In this document: positions 9,406 through 18,668 of the stretch, in pieces | How positions within the stretch are numbered: position 1 is the stretch's first letter | Layout: each line of letters opens with the position of its first letter | Source: a phage | Sequence record: PZ386972.1 | Reading direction: 5' to 3' (one strand) | DNA: 64,000 bases | Notes under the pieces: generated by a model | Databases searched by the model: none | What the model was told of the DNA's origin: nothing | What the model saw: only the letters and a program-made list of their open reading frames with translations | Position numbers and translations under genes: made by a program

Positions 9406-11736
9406 ATGAGCCATCGCATTGAAAAAGTAATTAAACGTGACGGTACTGTAGAAGACTTTGCTCCTGAAAAACTCAATGGTTGGGCAGAGTATGGTTGCAA
9501 AACAGTTGATGTAAGTTGGTCCGCCATTACTATGGCTGCTCAAAAAACGCTACCTAAAGGGGTTGTAGATTCCGACACTCTGATGGACGCATTAATTAAA
9601 GCTGCTGAAAGTCTTATCAAAGATAACCCAGCATACGATGTGCCAGCAAAGGAATTACGTCTTGCGCAAATGCGTAAACGCCTTTATGACTCTTTCGAAC
9701 CGCCTTCTCTACGCTTCTTCCATGACCACATGGTTAGCGTAGGTGCATGGGAAGACATGAGTGCATGGATTACCGATGAGCAATTTGAAGCTCTGAATCA
9801 GGTTATCGACCATGATCGTGACCGTCTTTTTACTAGTGGTGGGCTGAAGCAGTTCTTTGATAAGTATTCCCGTCGTAACATAGCCACTGGTGAAATTTAC
9901 GAAACTCCGCAGTTTGCCTACATGGGTATGGCAATGGCGATGCTATCTCAACCTAACTGGACAATTCTAGATGCAATCGACCTCTACAACGCAATGTCAC
10001 TCCACAAAATCAACGTTCCTACGCCGCCACTGGTTGGTCTGCGCTCTAGTGACCGTGGATTTGCTAGTTGCTGCCTCGTGGATTCCACTGACACGTTGGA
10101 TTCAATCGACACCGCCGAGCACATCGTCTTCAAAATGGTCGCAGCCAGAGCGGGAATCGGGTATCATCTTGAAAGCCGATCAATTGCTGATCCGGTGCGA
10201 AATGGGGCATTCCCGCATTCCGGAAAACTGCCATATTATCGACACATTGACCGCTCAGTAAAGGCCAATACTCAGCAAACTCGTGGTGGTTCTGCTACAG
10301 TATCTTATCCATACTTCGACCCTGAAATCATTCAATTGATGCAGGTTAAGCAACAACGTGCTACAGATGAGAATAAAATCGATAAGATGGATTATTCTCT
10401 GAGCTTTAACAACCTTTTGTTAAAACGTTATCTTAAAAACGAAGATATTACGCTAATGTCATACTTCTATGCTCCAGAAGTTCATGAAGCGTTTTATAGT
10501 GATGACGAGGCTAAATTTGAAGAAATCTACGTGGCAGCGGAGAAACGTGTGGCATCTCTTACAAAGATCGACCACGAAGGAAAAACAGTTCCTGCAGCTC
10601 CTAAAGTCTCTGCAAAAGAAATCCTAGATACTTGGCTACGTATCCGAATGGAAACAGGACGTATGTATGCTCACCACATTGGAGAATCTAATCGTCACGG
10701 TAACTTCCTTGATCCGATCCGTATGACAAACCTTTGTGTTGAAATTACTCAGCCTACACGCCCGTTCCATCACATTACAGAGCTGTACAAGACAAAAGAG
10801 CAGCTTGATCAAATGAAGCCGGAGGATATTGGTGAAGTATCTCTGTGTAACTTAGGTGGTGTTGTACTTGGACGCATGGAATCTCTGGCTGAGTGGGAAA
10901 AAACTTGCTACATCCTTCTGAAATTTGTTGACACAATTATTGAAATTCAGGATTATCCGTTCCCAACTATGGAATATACGGCTAAGAAACGTCGTAATGT
11001 TGGTATTGGCCTGATGAACGCAGCGGGTGCAATGGCAGCAGAAGGTCTGGCTTACGAAGGTATTGAAGCCCGTAACTGGATTCACCGTGAGGCTGAAAAA
11101 CTGTCTTACTTCCTGCATAAAGCCTCTGTACGCCTGGCTAAAGAACAGGGTGCATGTGAGTGGTTTGATCGTACTAAACCATCTAAAGGAATTCTAGTAA
11201 TCGACACGTATAAGAAAACTGTTGATGAACTGGTATCCGTAGGTCTAGAAATGGATTGGGAGTCTCTACGTGCAGATATTCTGAAATATGGTATGCGTAA
11301 CTCTGTTCTGACTGCTCAGATGCCGGGAGAAAGTTCTTCTGTTCTGCTAGGAGTTACTAACTCTATTGAACCGCCTCGTAAGATTGTATCTATCAAGGGT
11401 AGTGCAGTGAATAAAGTAATTGCAATTGCTCCGGGTGCAACCGATTGGGAAACGTTAATGAGCTATAAACTGGCTTATGATGTAGATCGTATCGAGTGGA
11501 TCAAATGGGTAGCAACTATGCAAAAATTCTTCAGTCAGTCTATCAGTACGAATATGTACTATGACTACACCAAGTTTGAGAATGAAATCATTCCTGGCCC
11601 AGTAGTAGTTCGTGATTTCATGACTGCTGTTAAGTATGGGTGGAAAACTTTCTACTATGCAAACTTCAATACCGCAAATGGTGGAGGTGCTGGAGAAGAA
11701 GCAGCCGGTTGTGCATCCGGTGGTTGTACTATTTAA
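9406..11736 (+). CDS. nrdA: ribonucleoside-diphosphate reductase alpha subunit (class Ia)
   Basis: ATP-cone N-terminus, NLCVEI active-site region, C-terminal CASGGC; start at ATG 9406 with AAGGAAAG RBS (track start 9301 probably too early). Confidence 0.9.
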   Translation: MSHRIEKVIKRDGTVEDFAPEKLNGWAEYGCKTVDVSWSAITMAAQKTLPKGVVDSDTLMDALIKAAESLIKDNPAYDVPAKELRLAQMRKRLYDSFEPPSLRFFHDHMVSVGAWEDMSAWITDEQFEALNQVIDHDRDRLFTSGGLKQFFDKYSRRNIATGEIYETPQFAYMGMAMAMLSQPNWTILDAIDLYNAMSLHKINVPTPPLVGLRSSDRGFASCCLVDSTDTLDSIDTAEHIVFKMVAARAGIGYHLESRSIADPVRNGAFPHSGKLPYYRHIDRSVKANTQQTRGGSATVSYPYFDPEIIQLMQVKQQRATDENKIDKMDYSLSFNNLLLKRYLKNEDITLMSYFYAPEVHEAFYSDDEAKFEEIYVAAEKRVASLTKIDHEGKTVPAAPKVSAKEILDTWLRIRMETGRMYAHHIGESNRHGNFLDPIRMTNLCVEITQPTRPFHHITELYKTKEQLDQMKPEDIGEVSLCNLGGVVLGRMESLAEWEKTCYILLKFVDTIIEIQDYPFPTMEYTAKKRRNVGIGLMNAAGAMAAEGLAYEGIEARNWIHREAEKLSYFLHKASVRLAKEQGACEWFDRTKPSKGILVIDTYKKTVDELVSVGLEMDWESLRADILKYGMRNSVLTAQMPGESSSVLLGVTNSIEPPRKIVSIKGSAVNKVIAIAPGATDWETLMSYKLAYDVDRIEWIKWVATMQKFFSQSISTNMYYDYTKFENEIIPGPVVVRDFMTAVKYGWKTFYYANFNTANGGGAGEEAAGCASGGCTI

Positions 11737-11745
11737 TAAAAACAA

Positions 11746-11769
11746 GGAGATCTTCGGGTCTCCTTTTTC
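11746..11769 (+). terminator. rho-independent terminator after nrdA
   Basis: GGAGATC-TTCG-GGTCTCC hairpin followed by TTTTTC. Confidence 0.6.
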
Positions 11770-11782
11770 TTTGAAATTTTAC

Positions 11783-11811
11783 TTGCTAATCGCTACCAGA
11801 TTTGCTATAAT
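11783..11811 (+). promoter_or_regulatory. T5-type promoter (TTGCTA-17-TATAAT) immediately upstream of HNH gene
   Basis: Seen in sequence. Confidence 0.5.
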
Positions 11812-11817
11812 ATTTAT

Positions 11818-12315
11818 ATGAAATTAACACAGAGTAGATTAAAAGAGCTAATCTCCTATGATCCTGAAACTGGTGAATTTACCTGGCTTCCAAGAAAAAA
11901 TTTAGCAAAGCATTTATGGAACGCTAAAGCAGGAACCTACGATAAGCTAGGGTATCTTCGTATAAAAGTGGAAGGAGTTCAATACTTAGCTCATCGCCTA
12001 GCCTTCTTGTATATGACTGGAGAAATACCAGAAGGAAAAATTGACCATAAAGATACTAATCCGTCCAATTGTGCCTGGAATAATCTACGTGAAGCCACGA
12101 GTTCCCAAAATTCTATGAACTCATGCGCAAGAGTGGATAACCAGCTTGGAATGAAAAATATTCGTGTAAAAGGCAATTCATTTCAGGTTAGGATAGGCAA
12201 AGACGGTAAATCTTATACAAAAACTTTAAAAACCATAGAAGAAGCTATAGAGTGGAGAGATACCAAACTACTAGAACTTCATGGGGACTTTGCAAACAAC
12301 GGAGAAGCTAAATGA
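11818..12315 (+). CDS. HNH homing endonuclease inserted between nrdA and nrdB
   Basis: 165 aa; HNH-like KDTNPSNCAWNNLREATSSQNSMN region; overlaps nrdB start by 4 nt. Confidence 0.7.
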   Translation: MKLTQSRLKELISYDPETGEFTWLPRKNLAKHLWNAKAGTYDKLGYLRIKVEGVQYLAHRLAFLYMTGEIPEGKIDHKDTNPSNCAWNNLREATSSQNSMNSCARVDNQLGMKNIRVKGNSFQVRIGKDGKSYTKTLKTIEEAIEWRDTKLLELHGDFANNGEAK

Positions 12316-13457
12316 CTACTTTACTTAACTTAGAATGGGATCATACTAACGCTGATCTTTTCCTCGGTGATTCTTTGGGTATCGCAGATTATGTGCGTGT
12401 GGCACATCCCGAACTGGAGCGATTAGCTCTGTTGCAGCGTTCCCAATTCTGGACTGAAACTGAAATTAGTCTTGAAGCTGATAAAAAGCAGTGGGGTAAT
12501 CTCCCGCGTGAAATTCAGGAAATTACACTCCTGAACTTAGCATGGCAAACTCAAACTGATTCCTTTATCAGTCGTGCCCCTGAAGCAGCTATTATGCCGC
12601 TTGTAAGTCGTCCAGAATTGGAAGGTATGCTCAAGCAGTGGAGCTACTTCGAAGATCTGCATAGCCGTGCATATAGTAATATTATTCGTAATGTGCTGAC
12701 TGATCCAGCAGAATTTATTGATTCTGTAACCAAAAACCAGGAAGCATTCGCACGCATCGCTGATTCTGTTGAACTATTCGATGAACTGTATCAGTTAGGT
12801 CAGTATTTCATCGCAGTACGCGATCATCGTGGTGACAATACATATCCAGAAACTGAGTTCCCTGAAGTTAAACGTGAAACTCAGGCTAAACTATTAGACG
12901 CTTACTTTGCGATCTATGGTCTGGAAGCAATGCAGTTTTACGCATCCTTTGCATGTACCTTTGCATTAGCAGAGAACGATATTCTGCAAGGTATTGCTAA
13001 AAATCTGCAATTAATCGCTAAAGATGAAGCTCTGCACACTCAGATGTCCAAAGCAATCATCCAGATTATGTTCCAGCAGTTTGACAAAGATCTGGTGAAT
13101 GAAGCAGTGGCTAAAGCACCAGCACAGCTCCTGAAAACTCTGAAAACTGAAATTGAATGGGGTCATTTCATTTTCAAAGGTCGTAGTCTGATTGGCTTGA
13201 ATGCAGAACTTCTAGAAGAATATCTGTACTTTGTGGGGCGTAATGCATTTATGCACATCGGTGTAGAATGGCCTAGTCATTTACCAGTAATCACCAAGAA
13301 CCCCATTCCGTGGATCATGAACTGGCTGGATACCACTTCTTTACAGCCTGCTCCACAAGAAATCCAGATTGGTGCAGCATATCGTGTAGGTCAGGTAACT
13401 GAGACCTCTACTGATACTCTGAAAGATCTGGGTAATGAATTTGGAGATTTCTTATGA
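12312..13457 (+). CDS. nrdB: ribonucleoside-diphosphate reductase beta subunit
   Basis: 381 aa ferritin-like R2 protein, position directly after nrdA. Confidence 0.85.
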   Translation: MTTLLNLEWDHTNADLFLGDSLGIADYVRVAHPELERLALLQRSQFWTETEISLEADKKQWGNLPREIQEITLLNLAWQTQTDSFISRAPEAAIMPLVSRPELEGMLKQWSYFEDLHSRAYSNIIRNVLTDPAEFIDSVTKNQEAFARIADSVELFDELYQLGQYFIAVRDHRGDNTYPETEFPEVKRETQAKLLDAYFAIYGLEAMQFYASFACTFALAENDILQGIAKNLQLIAKDEALHTQMSKAIIQIMFQQFDKDLVNEAVAKAPAQLLKTLKTEIEWGHFIFKGRSLIGLNAELLEEYLYFVGRNAFMHIGVEWPSHLPVITKNPIPWIMNWLDTTSLQPAPQEIQIGAAYRVGQVTETSTDTLKDLGNEFGDFL

Positions 13458-13987
13458 TTACAGCAATGTATGCAGTTGGGCCGAATGGAGAGTTCGGCCT
13501 CCGCGGTAAACTTCCCTGGGGTTCCTTCAAAGAAGAACTAGATGCCTTCTATTCTCAACTGGACGTGTTGAATCCAGATAACATCATCATTGGTGCTGGT
13601 ACTTATTTAGCTCTTCCATACGCCGTTAGGGAACGTATGATTGGAGCTTCTGATCTATTTATTCGTGCTGATCGTCCACTGCCAGACGATATTACGCATG
13701 ATATTTACACCCCAATTTCAAAGATTGGGGATACATTACCTACTTTTCTAAAAGATCAGCAAACAGTAGTTCTAGGTGGAGCTAATCTTCTTCTAGAAAT
13801 GTACCAACATGGGCATATAGAAAGTGCTTTTGTATCTACAATCTTTAGCGAACAGAAGCTAGAGGCAGATATACACCTAGATAGTATGATACTGGATTAT
13901 AACTATGAATCCACCCGATTAGTCTATGCAGTTGGCGCAAACAGTGATAACAGCCTGCGATTTGTACAGGAATTGGTTACTTATTAA
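13454..13987 (+). CDS. dihydrofolate reductase
   Basis: 177 aa; N-terminal AVGPNGEFGLRGKLPW matches the DHFR NADPH/folate-binding region. Confidence 0.75.
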   Translation: MITAMYAVGPNGEFGLRGKLPWGSFKEELDAFYSQLDVLNPDNIIIGAGTYLALPYAVRERMIGASDLFIRADRPLPDDITHDIYTPISKIGDTLPTFLKDQQTVVLGGANLLLEMYQHGHIESAFVSTIFSEQKLEADIHLDSMILDYNYESTRLVYAVGANSDNSLRFVQELVTY

Positions 13988-14826
13988 TGCAACAATATTT
14001 AAAAATTTTGACAGATGTAATTTTACTAGGTGAACCCCGTAATGACCGTACAGGAACAGGCACAGTTTCAATTTTTGATTCCTATGCTAAGTTCGACCTA
14101 CGTGAAGGGTTCCCGGCTGTAACTACCAAACGCCTGGCCTGGAAATCAGTAGTAGGAGAACTTTTATGGTTCTTGTCTGGTTCCACAAATCTTCATGATC
14201 TACGTGTATTCACATTCGGTCGTGACGAAGGACAGTGGACCATCTGGACTCCAAATTATGAAGACCAAGCCATAAGTATGGGGTATGATAAGGGTAATCT
14301 AGGACCAGTATATGGTAAACAGTGGCGTAACTTTGGTGGGCGAGATCAGATTCTAGAACTTATTGAAGGACTCAAGAATAATCCTCATGGCCGCAGACAT
14401 CTAGTTTCTGCATGGAACGTAGCTGAACTTGATAAAATGGCATTACCACCCTGTCACTACGGCTTCCAGTGCTATGTAAGTAACGAGGGATACCTAGACC
14501 TTAAATGGACACAACGTTCTGTAGATTGTTTCCTCGGTTTACCTTTCAATATTGCTAGTTATGCTTTATTAACGCATATATTAGCAAAACTGACAGGGTT
14601 AAAACCTCGTTATCTTATCTTTAGTGGCGGTGATACTCATATCTATAATGACCACATGGAACAGGTAGAAGAACAGGTAAAACGTAAACCTCGTGCTTTA
14701 CCTACTCTAGTAATGCCAGAGTTTGTAGATCTTTACGATTTATTAGAAAATAATACAGCAGCTTGGTCCTTCCAGCTTGAAGGATATGATCCGCATCCGG
14801 CTCTTAAAGCTAAAATGTCCTCTTAA
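13987..14826 (+). CDS. thyA: thymidylate synthase
   Basis: 279 aa; ThyA motifs WFLSG and active-site PCHYGFQCYV. Confidence 0.9.
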   Translation: MQQYLKILTDVILLGEPRNDRTGTGTVSIFDSYAKFDLREGFPAVTTKRLAWKSVVGELLWFLSGSTNLHDLRVFTFGRDEGQWTIWTPNYEDQAISMGYDKGNLGPVYGKQWRNFGGRDQILELIEGLKNNPHGRRHLVSAWNVAELDKMALPPCHYGFQCYVSNEGYLDLKWTQRSVDCFLGLPFNIASYALLTHILAKLTGLKPRYLIFSGGDTHIYNDHMEQVEEQVKRKPRALPTLVMPEFVDLYDLLENNTAAWSFQLEGYDPHPALKAKMSS

Positions 14827-14832
14827 CTTAAA

Positions 14833-14856
14833 TAGCCCTTCGGGGCTATTATATTT
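14833..14856 (+). terminator. rho-independent terminator after thyA
   Basis: AGCCC-TTCG-GGGCT hairpin followed by AT-rich run. Confidence 0.55.
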
Positions 14857-14865
14857 AAATTTCAT

Positions 14866-14894
14866 TTGCTTATTTAGTGAAATCTAAATATAAT
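14866..14894 (+). promoter_or_regulatory. T5-type early promoter
   Basis: TTGCTT-17-TATAAT inside conserved module. Confidence 0.6.
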
Positions 14895-14919
14895 ATATTT
14901 TATAAATTGGAGGTATACA

Positions 14920-15201
14920 ATGATTTCAGCCAAAGAAGCTCAAGAACTTGCAGGATTAACAGAAGTACCCGCATTTCTAAAGTTTATAGAAGAAAAGATT
15001 GTAGAAGCTGCTAAGTCTGGAAATACAGAAGTAATTATTCGAGATAATCCTTACGCTAGGTGGCTATATAATCCTAGAGAAATGCCAGGAGCAGCTAAAT
15101 CGGTACTAAAAACCTTATCGGATAAGGGGTATCATCTCTCACAATACTACCGAGAAGCCGCCTTTGTAGACATGGGTCTTAAAATTAGTTGGGAGGTATA
15201 A
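14920..15201 (+). CDS. hypothetical protein
   Basis: ORF track, RBS GGAGG upstream. Confidence 0.45.
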   Translation: MISAKEAQELAGLTEVPAFLKFIEEKIVEAAKSGNTEVIIRDNPYARWLYNPREMPGAAKSVLKTLSDKGYHLSQYYREAAFVDMGLKISWEV

Positions 15202-15677
15202 TGTCGGTTTTCCACATTTATACAGATGGTGCTTGTAAGTCTAATCCAGGTCCAGGTGCTTGGGGTTTTATTGTCTATGATGATAACGACGATCGTTTAG
15301 GTTCTAAATCTGGATATAGTCCTAAAACTACAAATAATGAGATGGAACTCACGGCTATTGTAGAAGCTCTACGTTGGTCTGTTAAAAAAGATAATAGACC
15401 AATTGCTATCTATACTGACTCTGCTTATTGCAAAAATGGCATGGAAAGTTGGATGTTTTCTTGGCAAAGGAAAGGCTGGAAGAAAGCAGATGGTGAAGTC
15501 CCTCTTAATCTAGAACTTTGGCAGGAAGCATTTAAATTAACACAGCAGTATATCAACTTTCACAATACTAATCCTACCTTTATTAAGGTTAAAGGACATT
15601 CTGGTATTAGTGGTAATGAAGCTGTAGATGCATTGTGTAACACAGTTATTACTGAGGCTGAAATGGCCGAGATGTGA
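15201..15677 (+). CDS. rnh: ribonuclease H
   Basis: HIYTDGACKSNPGPGAWGF and later DSAYC/HSG motifs typical of RNase HI; start taken at ATG 15201 with GGAGG RBS. Confidence 0.8.
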   Translation: MSVFHIYTDGACKSNPGPGAWGFIVYDDNDDRLGSKSGYSPKTTNNEMELTAIVEALRWSVKKDNRPIAIYTDSAYCKNGMESWMFSWQRKGWKKADGEVPLNLELWQEAFKLTQQYINFHNTNPTFIKVKGHSGISGNEAVDALCNTVITEAEMAEM

Positions 15678-15697
15678 TAAATAAATTAAAAATTTTC

Positions 15698-15726
15698 TTG
15701 CTTAAAGCCACCTAATTTAGTATAAT
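15698..15726 (+). promoter_or_regulatory. T5-type early promoter
   Basis: TTGCTT-17-TATAAT. Confidence 0.6.
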
Positions 15727-15753
15727 ATTCGTATTGAAAGTGAGGAGGGCTTT

Positions 15754-16038
15754 ATGCGAATTTATAACTCAAATTCATTAGGATTTAAACCATTGAGAAA
15801 ACGTGCACAATCACCTCGTCAAATAAGAAAGGCTAATATTGGTGAGCCAGAAACACGTCTTCCACCTCCTCCAGAACAACGTTTAGTTTATCTGGACGAA
15901 GAATTAGCTGAACGCGAAAGAAAAGCTCAAGAAGAGATTGAGCGTAAGAAAATGTGTACTGCCCCAGCCTACTCCAAAGGGGCTTATCAGTATATCTATA
16001 CAGCCGAAGAGGCCAAAGATGCGGGGCGTAAAAAATGA
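15754..16038 (+). CDS. hypothetical protein
   Basis: ORF track, RBS GAGGAGGG upstream. Confidence 0.45.
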   Translation: MRIYNSNSLGFKPLRKRAQSPRQIRKANIGEPETRLPPPPEQRLVYLDEELAERERKAQEEIERKKMCTAPAYSKGAYQYIYTAEEAKDAGRKK

Positions 16039-16484
16039 AGATTACTGAATTTAAAGGTGCTTATAGTTTCTTATCTAACTTTTATTTATCACCAATTACT
16101 TTCGAATATCTGAATGAAATATGGCATGCTGATACTGTAGAACATGCTTTTCAGGCTATGAAATCCGACCAAAAAGATGATGTAGCTCATGTACTACGCT
16201 CCCTAAATGCAGGAGTTGCTAAACGTAGAGGACGTAAATTAATTCTACGCTCTGACTGGGATAAGGTAAAAGATGATGTAATGTTAGAGCTTTTACGGTT
16301 AAAGTTTGCAATCCCTGATTTGAGAGACAAACTGTTAGCAACAGAAAATGCAACTTTGATTGAAGGAAATACCTGGGGGGATACATATTGGGGTGTTTGC
16401 CGAGGCATCGGGGATAATACTTTAGGAGTTCTTTTGATGCAGGTAAGGTCTGAAATTAAAAGAAGCTTACAGTTAATAAATTAA
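16035..16484 (+). CDS. NADAR-domain (YbiA-like) protein
   Basis: FLSNFY...EHAFQAMK motifs characteristic of the NADAR/DUF1768 fold. Confidence 0.55.
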   Translation: MKITEFKGAYSFLSNFYLSPITFEYLNEIWHADTVEHAFQAMKSDQKDDVAHVLRSLNAGVAKRRGRKLILRSDWDKVKDDVMLELLRLKFAIPDLRDKLLATENATLIEGNTWGDTYWGVCRGIGDNTLGVLLMQVRSEIKRSLQLIN

Positions 16485-16492
16485 AAATTCAT

Positions 16493-16521
16493 TTGCTAAA
16501 CGCTTCAAATTCTCGTATAAT
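16493..16521 (+). promoter_or_regulatory. T5-type early promoter
   Basis: AAAAATTCATTTGCTAAA...TATAAT...CATAAATTGA module. Confidence 0.65.
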
Positions 16522-16559
16522 ATACTTCATAAATTGATAAACAAAAAGGAAAATAAATA

Positions 16560-17075
16560 ATGGCTAAGCAGAAAAACGCAAAAACTCAAGCAGCTCCGGC
16601 AGTTAAAACTTTCCCCCAGACTGAGGCTAACCGCAAAGCTCGTCTGGAACGCCACCTGCGTAAGCATCCTACCGATGCTCAGGCTGCGCAAGCACTGAAT
16701 AATCCGGCTCCGATTCGTCAAAAGCCGAAGGCTAAGAACGCTACTCGTTCTGTAGCCCGCCTTGTGACCTATGTACAGGGTTACGGTCACAAATCTGTTC
16801 CCGTAGCACTGAGTTTCAATGCTGGAGCAGAATTGTTCCCTCGTAATGGCATGGCCATGAAAGATTATGAGAAAGCAGTTAACCAGAAACGCAAACCAAC
16901 GGCAGATGTATTGCGTGATACTCGTGGACAGTTTGGTTCTGTTAAGCCAAATATCTTTGGCGTAGAGTATAGTAAAGATAATGTTCGTGCTCTGTGTTAC
17001 GGTGTAGGCATTAAGTTCACGGGTGATTCTGCTCGTAAATCTGCTAAACCAGCTCGTAAACGTAAAGAGAAGTAA
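16560..17075 (+). CDS. basic hypothetical protein (possible nucleic-acid binding)
   Basis: 171 aa, Lys/Arg-rich termini. Confidence 0.45.
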   Translation: MAKQKNAKTQAAPAVKTFPQTEANRKARLERHLRKHPTDAQAAQALNNPAPIRQKPKAKNATRSVARLVTYVQGYGHKSVPVALSFNAGAELFPRNGMAMKDYEKAVNQKRKPTADVLRDTRGQFGSVKPNIFGVEYSKDNVRALCYGVGIKFTGDSARKSAKPARKRKEK

Positions 17076-17138
17076 TAGATAAATAGGGGCTTCTGCCCCT
17101 AGAATCTACTAATTCTCTAACTAATCAAGGATATTTTT

Positions 17139-17354
17139 ATGTTCTCTAAGAAACCACGTTCTGTTACTGAAATCGTTGCTTCCTTTACCACTATCACTGA
17201 TGAGCTTCAAGCTCGTATTGAGGCTGATCAAAAAATTGCTGCGGATATTCAGAAACAGCAGGAAGAACTCGCTTTAAAGTTGGCTGAAACCAACAAGAGT
17301 GAAAAATCTGCCCAAACTATTATGGAAAATATCCTTAAACTGCTGGGCAAGTGA
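17139..17354 (+). CDS. hypothetical protein
   Basis: ORF track. Confidence 0.4.
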   Translation: MFSKKPRSVTEIVASFTTITDELQARIEADQKIAADIQKQQEELALKLAETNKSEKSAQTIMENILKLLGK

Positions 17355-17363
17355 TTTAAATCA

Positions 17364-17388
17364 GGGGGCGAAAGCCCCTCTTATTTGG
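17364..17388 (+). terminator. rho-independent terminator
   Basis: AGGGGGC-GAAA-GCCCCT hairpin then CTTATTTGG. Confidence 0.55.
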
Positions 17389-17395
17389 AGAAACT

Positions 17396-17632
17396 ATGCG
17401 TAATTTTGTAGCAAAGAATGATTTTAACCGTGCTAGCACCCATAAGTCAGCTAGGGATTATACACGACTTTCTAGTCATGAGGTAATGGATGCCTGTTAT
17501 GAAGAGCTGGAAGGTAGCTGGAATGAATGGCCCGACTTCTCTATGGAAGAGAACTGGGATGTCAGTGAGGATATGCTTCCTGGTTTTAAAGACCCCAAGA
17601 AGTGGGAGTCTATTAAAGAGACAGCTCTTTAA
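17396..17632 (+). CDS. hypothetical acidic protein
   Basis: ORF track. Confidence 0.4.
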   Translation: MRNFVAKNDFNRASTHKSARDYTRLSSHEVMDACYEELEGSWNEWPDFSMEENWDVSEDMLPGFKDPKKWESIKETAL

Positions 17633-17660
17633 TAGTTTTCTACACAATAAAGGATAGATT

Positions 17661-18362
17661 ATGAAAGTAAAACCATTTGGTATGCTAGATATTGAATCTC
17701 TAGGAACTCCAGGAGATTGTGGTACTACTCATATCGCAATGCCTTCTTTCGCTTTTGTGGCTATGCATGGGATTGATAAAGACCCTGACTTAGTATTTGT
17801 TACTTTGGATGTGCAGGATCAGCTTAATTCTGGTGCCAAAGTTACAGCATCTACTCTAGCATTCTGGATGGATCAAGCTAAAAATAGCCCCTCTGCTATT
17901 CACATAATGGAAGCTATGAAGGAACGTAATCCAAAACTGATTGCCTTCCAAAATGGTAAACATCATTGCACTAATAAATTAGGCTCAAACTATGCTGCCT
18001 TCTCTATGGCGCAAAATATTATGGAGTTGGCTCTAGGCGAAAATGCTTTGTATTATGGCAATGGCCCAGAGTTTGATATGACTATCTACTCTGCAAACAC
18101 GTTCCATGCTGGAACCAATGAAGAGGTAGTTCCGTGGAAATTCTGGAATTTAGGCAATGTTCGATCTCTTCGTAATCTCTGGATGCAAGCTGGTTATAGT
18201 TACAAAGATCTAGAGGCTGAAGGTATTAGCTGGGCAAAAGCTAAAATGGAAAAGATGGACACCATTCGTTATGGGATCTATCCGGTTAAGCACGACCCAG
18301 CATTCGATGCCCTAGTTGAGGGCTATTGTGTTGCAGCTATGATCGAAAAAATGAAAATTTGA
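17661..18362 (+). CDS. DEDDh-type 3'-5' exonuclease (DnaQ-like)
   Basis: N-terminal MLDIESLG (DxE) and C-terminal HDPAFDA (H-x4-D) motifs. Confidence 0.5.
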   Translation: MKVKPFGMLDIESLGTPGDCGTTHIAMPSFAFVAMHGIDKDPDLVFVTLDVQDQLNSGAKVTASTLAFWMDQAKNSPSAIHIMEAMKERNPKLIAFQNGKHHCTNKLGSNYAAFSMAQNIMELALGENALYYGNGPEFDMTIYSANTFHAGTNEEVVPWKFWNLGNVRSLRNLWMQAGYSYKDLEAEGISWAKAKMEKMDTIRYGIYPVKHDPAFDALVEGYCVAAMIEKMKI

Positions 18363-18363
18363 T

Positions 18364-18392
18364 TTGCTTCCGGCTCCAAAATTCTGTATAAT
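18364..18392 (+). promoter_or_regulatory. T5-type early promoter
   Basis: TTGCTT-17-TATAAT. Confidence 0.6.
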
Positions 18393-18432
18393 ATATTCAT
18401 AAATTTGAGAAAACAATAAAAGGAAAACAAAT

Positions 18433-18615
18433 ATGCCAGTATCTAAAAATGTTCGTAAAAATGGTAAGAAAGCTACTCGTAATCTTGGTATCCGTCGTAT
18501 GGCTGAACGTCAATCAGGTATCCAGAAAATCTTTGATCTGCTAAATCGTGCTAATCCTAAAATTGATAACAGTAACGATACTGTTCTGCGCACTCTGCTG
18601 GCAATTGGTCTGTAA
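18433..18615 (+). CDS. small basic hypothetical protein
   Basis: ORF track, RBS AAGGAAA. Confidence 0.4.
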   Translation: MPVSKNVRKNGKKATRNLGIRRMAERQSGIQKIFDLLNRANPKIDNSNDTVLRTLLAIGL

Positions 18616-18668
18616 TAGACCAAGTTTAAACAAATTCAAATCTCAAACTTCATATAAGGAAGCAAATA

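Noticed and set aside
9971-11745. Several 88-96-aa ORFs inside or antisense to nrdA (9971..10261, 10852..11118, 11455..11745)
   Set aside because: Embedded within a well-supported long gene in other frames or strands; typical spurious ORFs.
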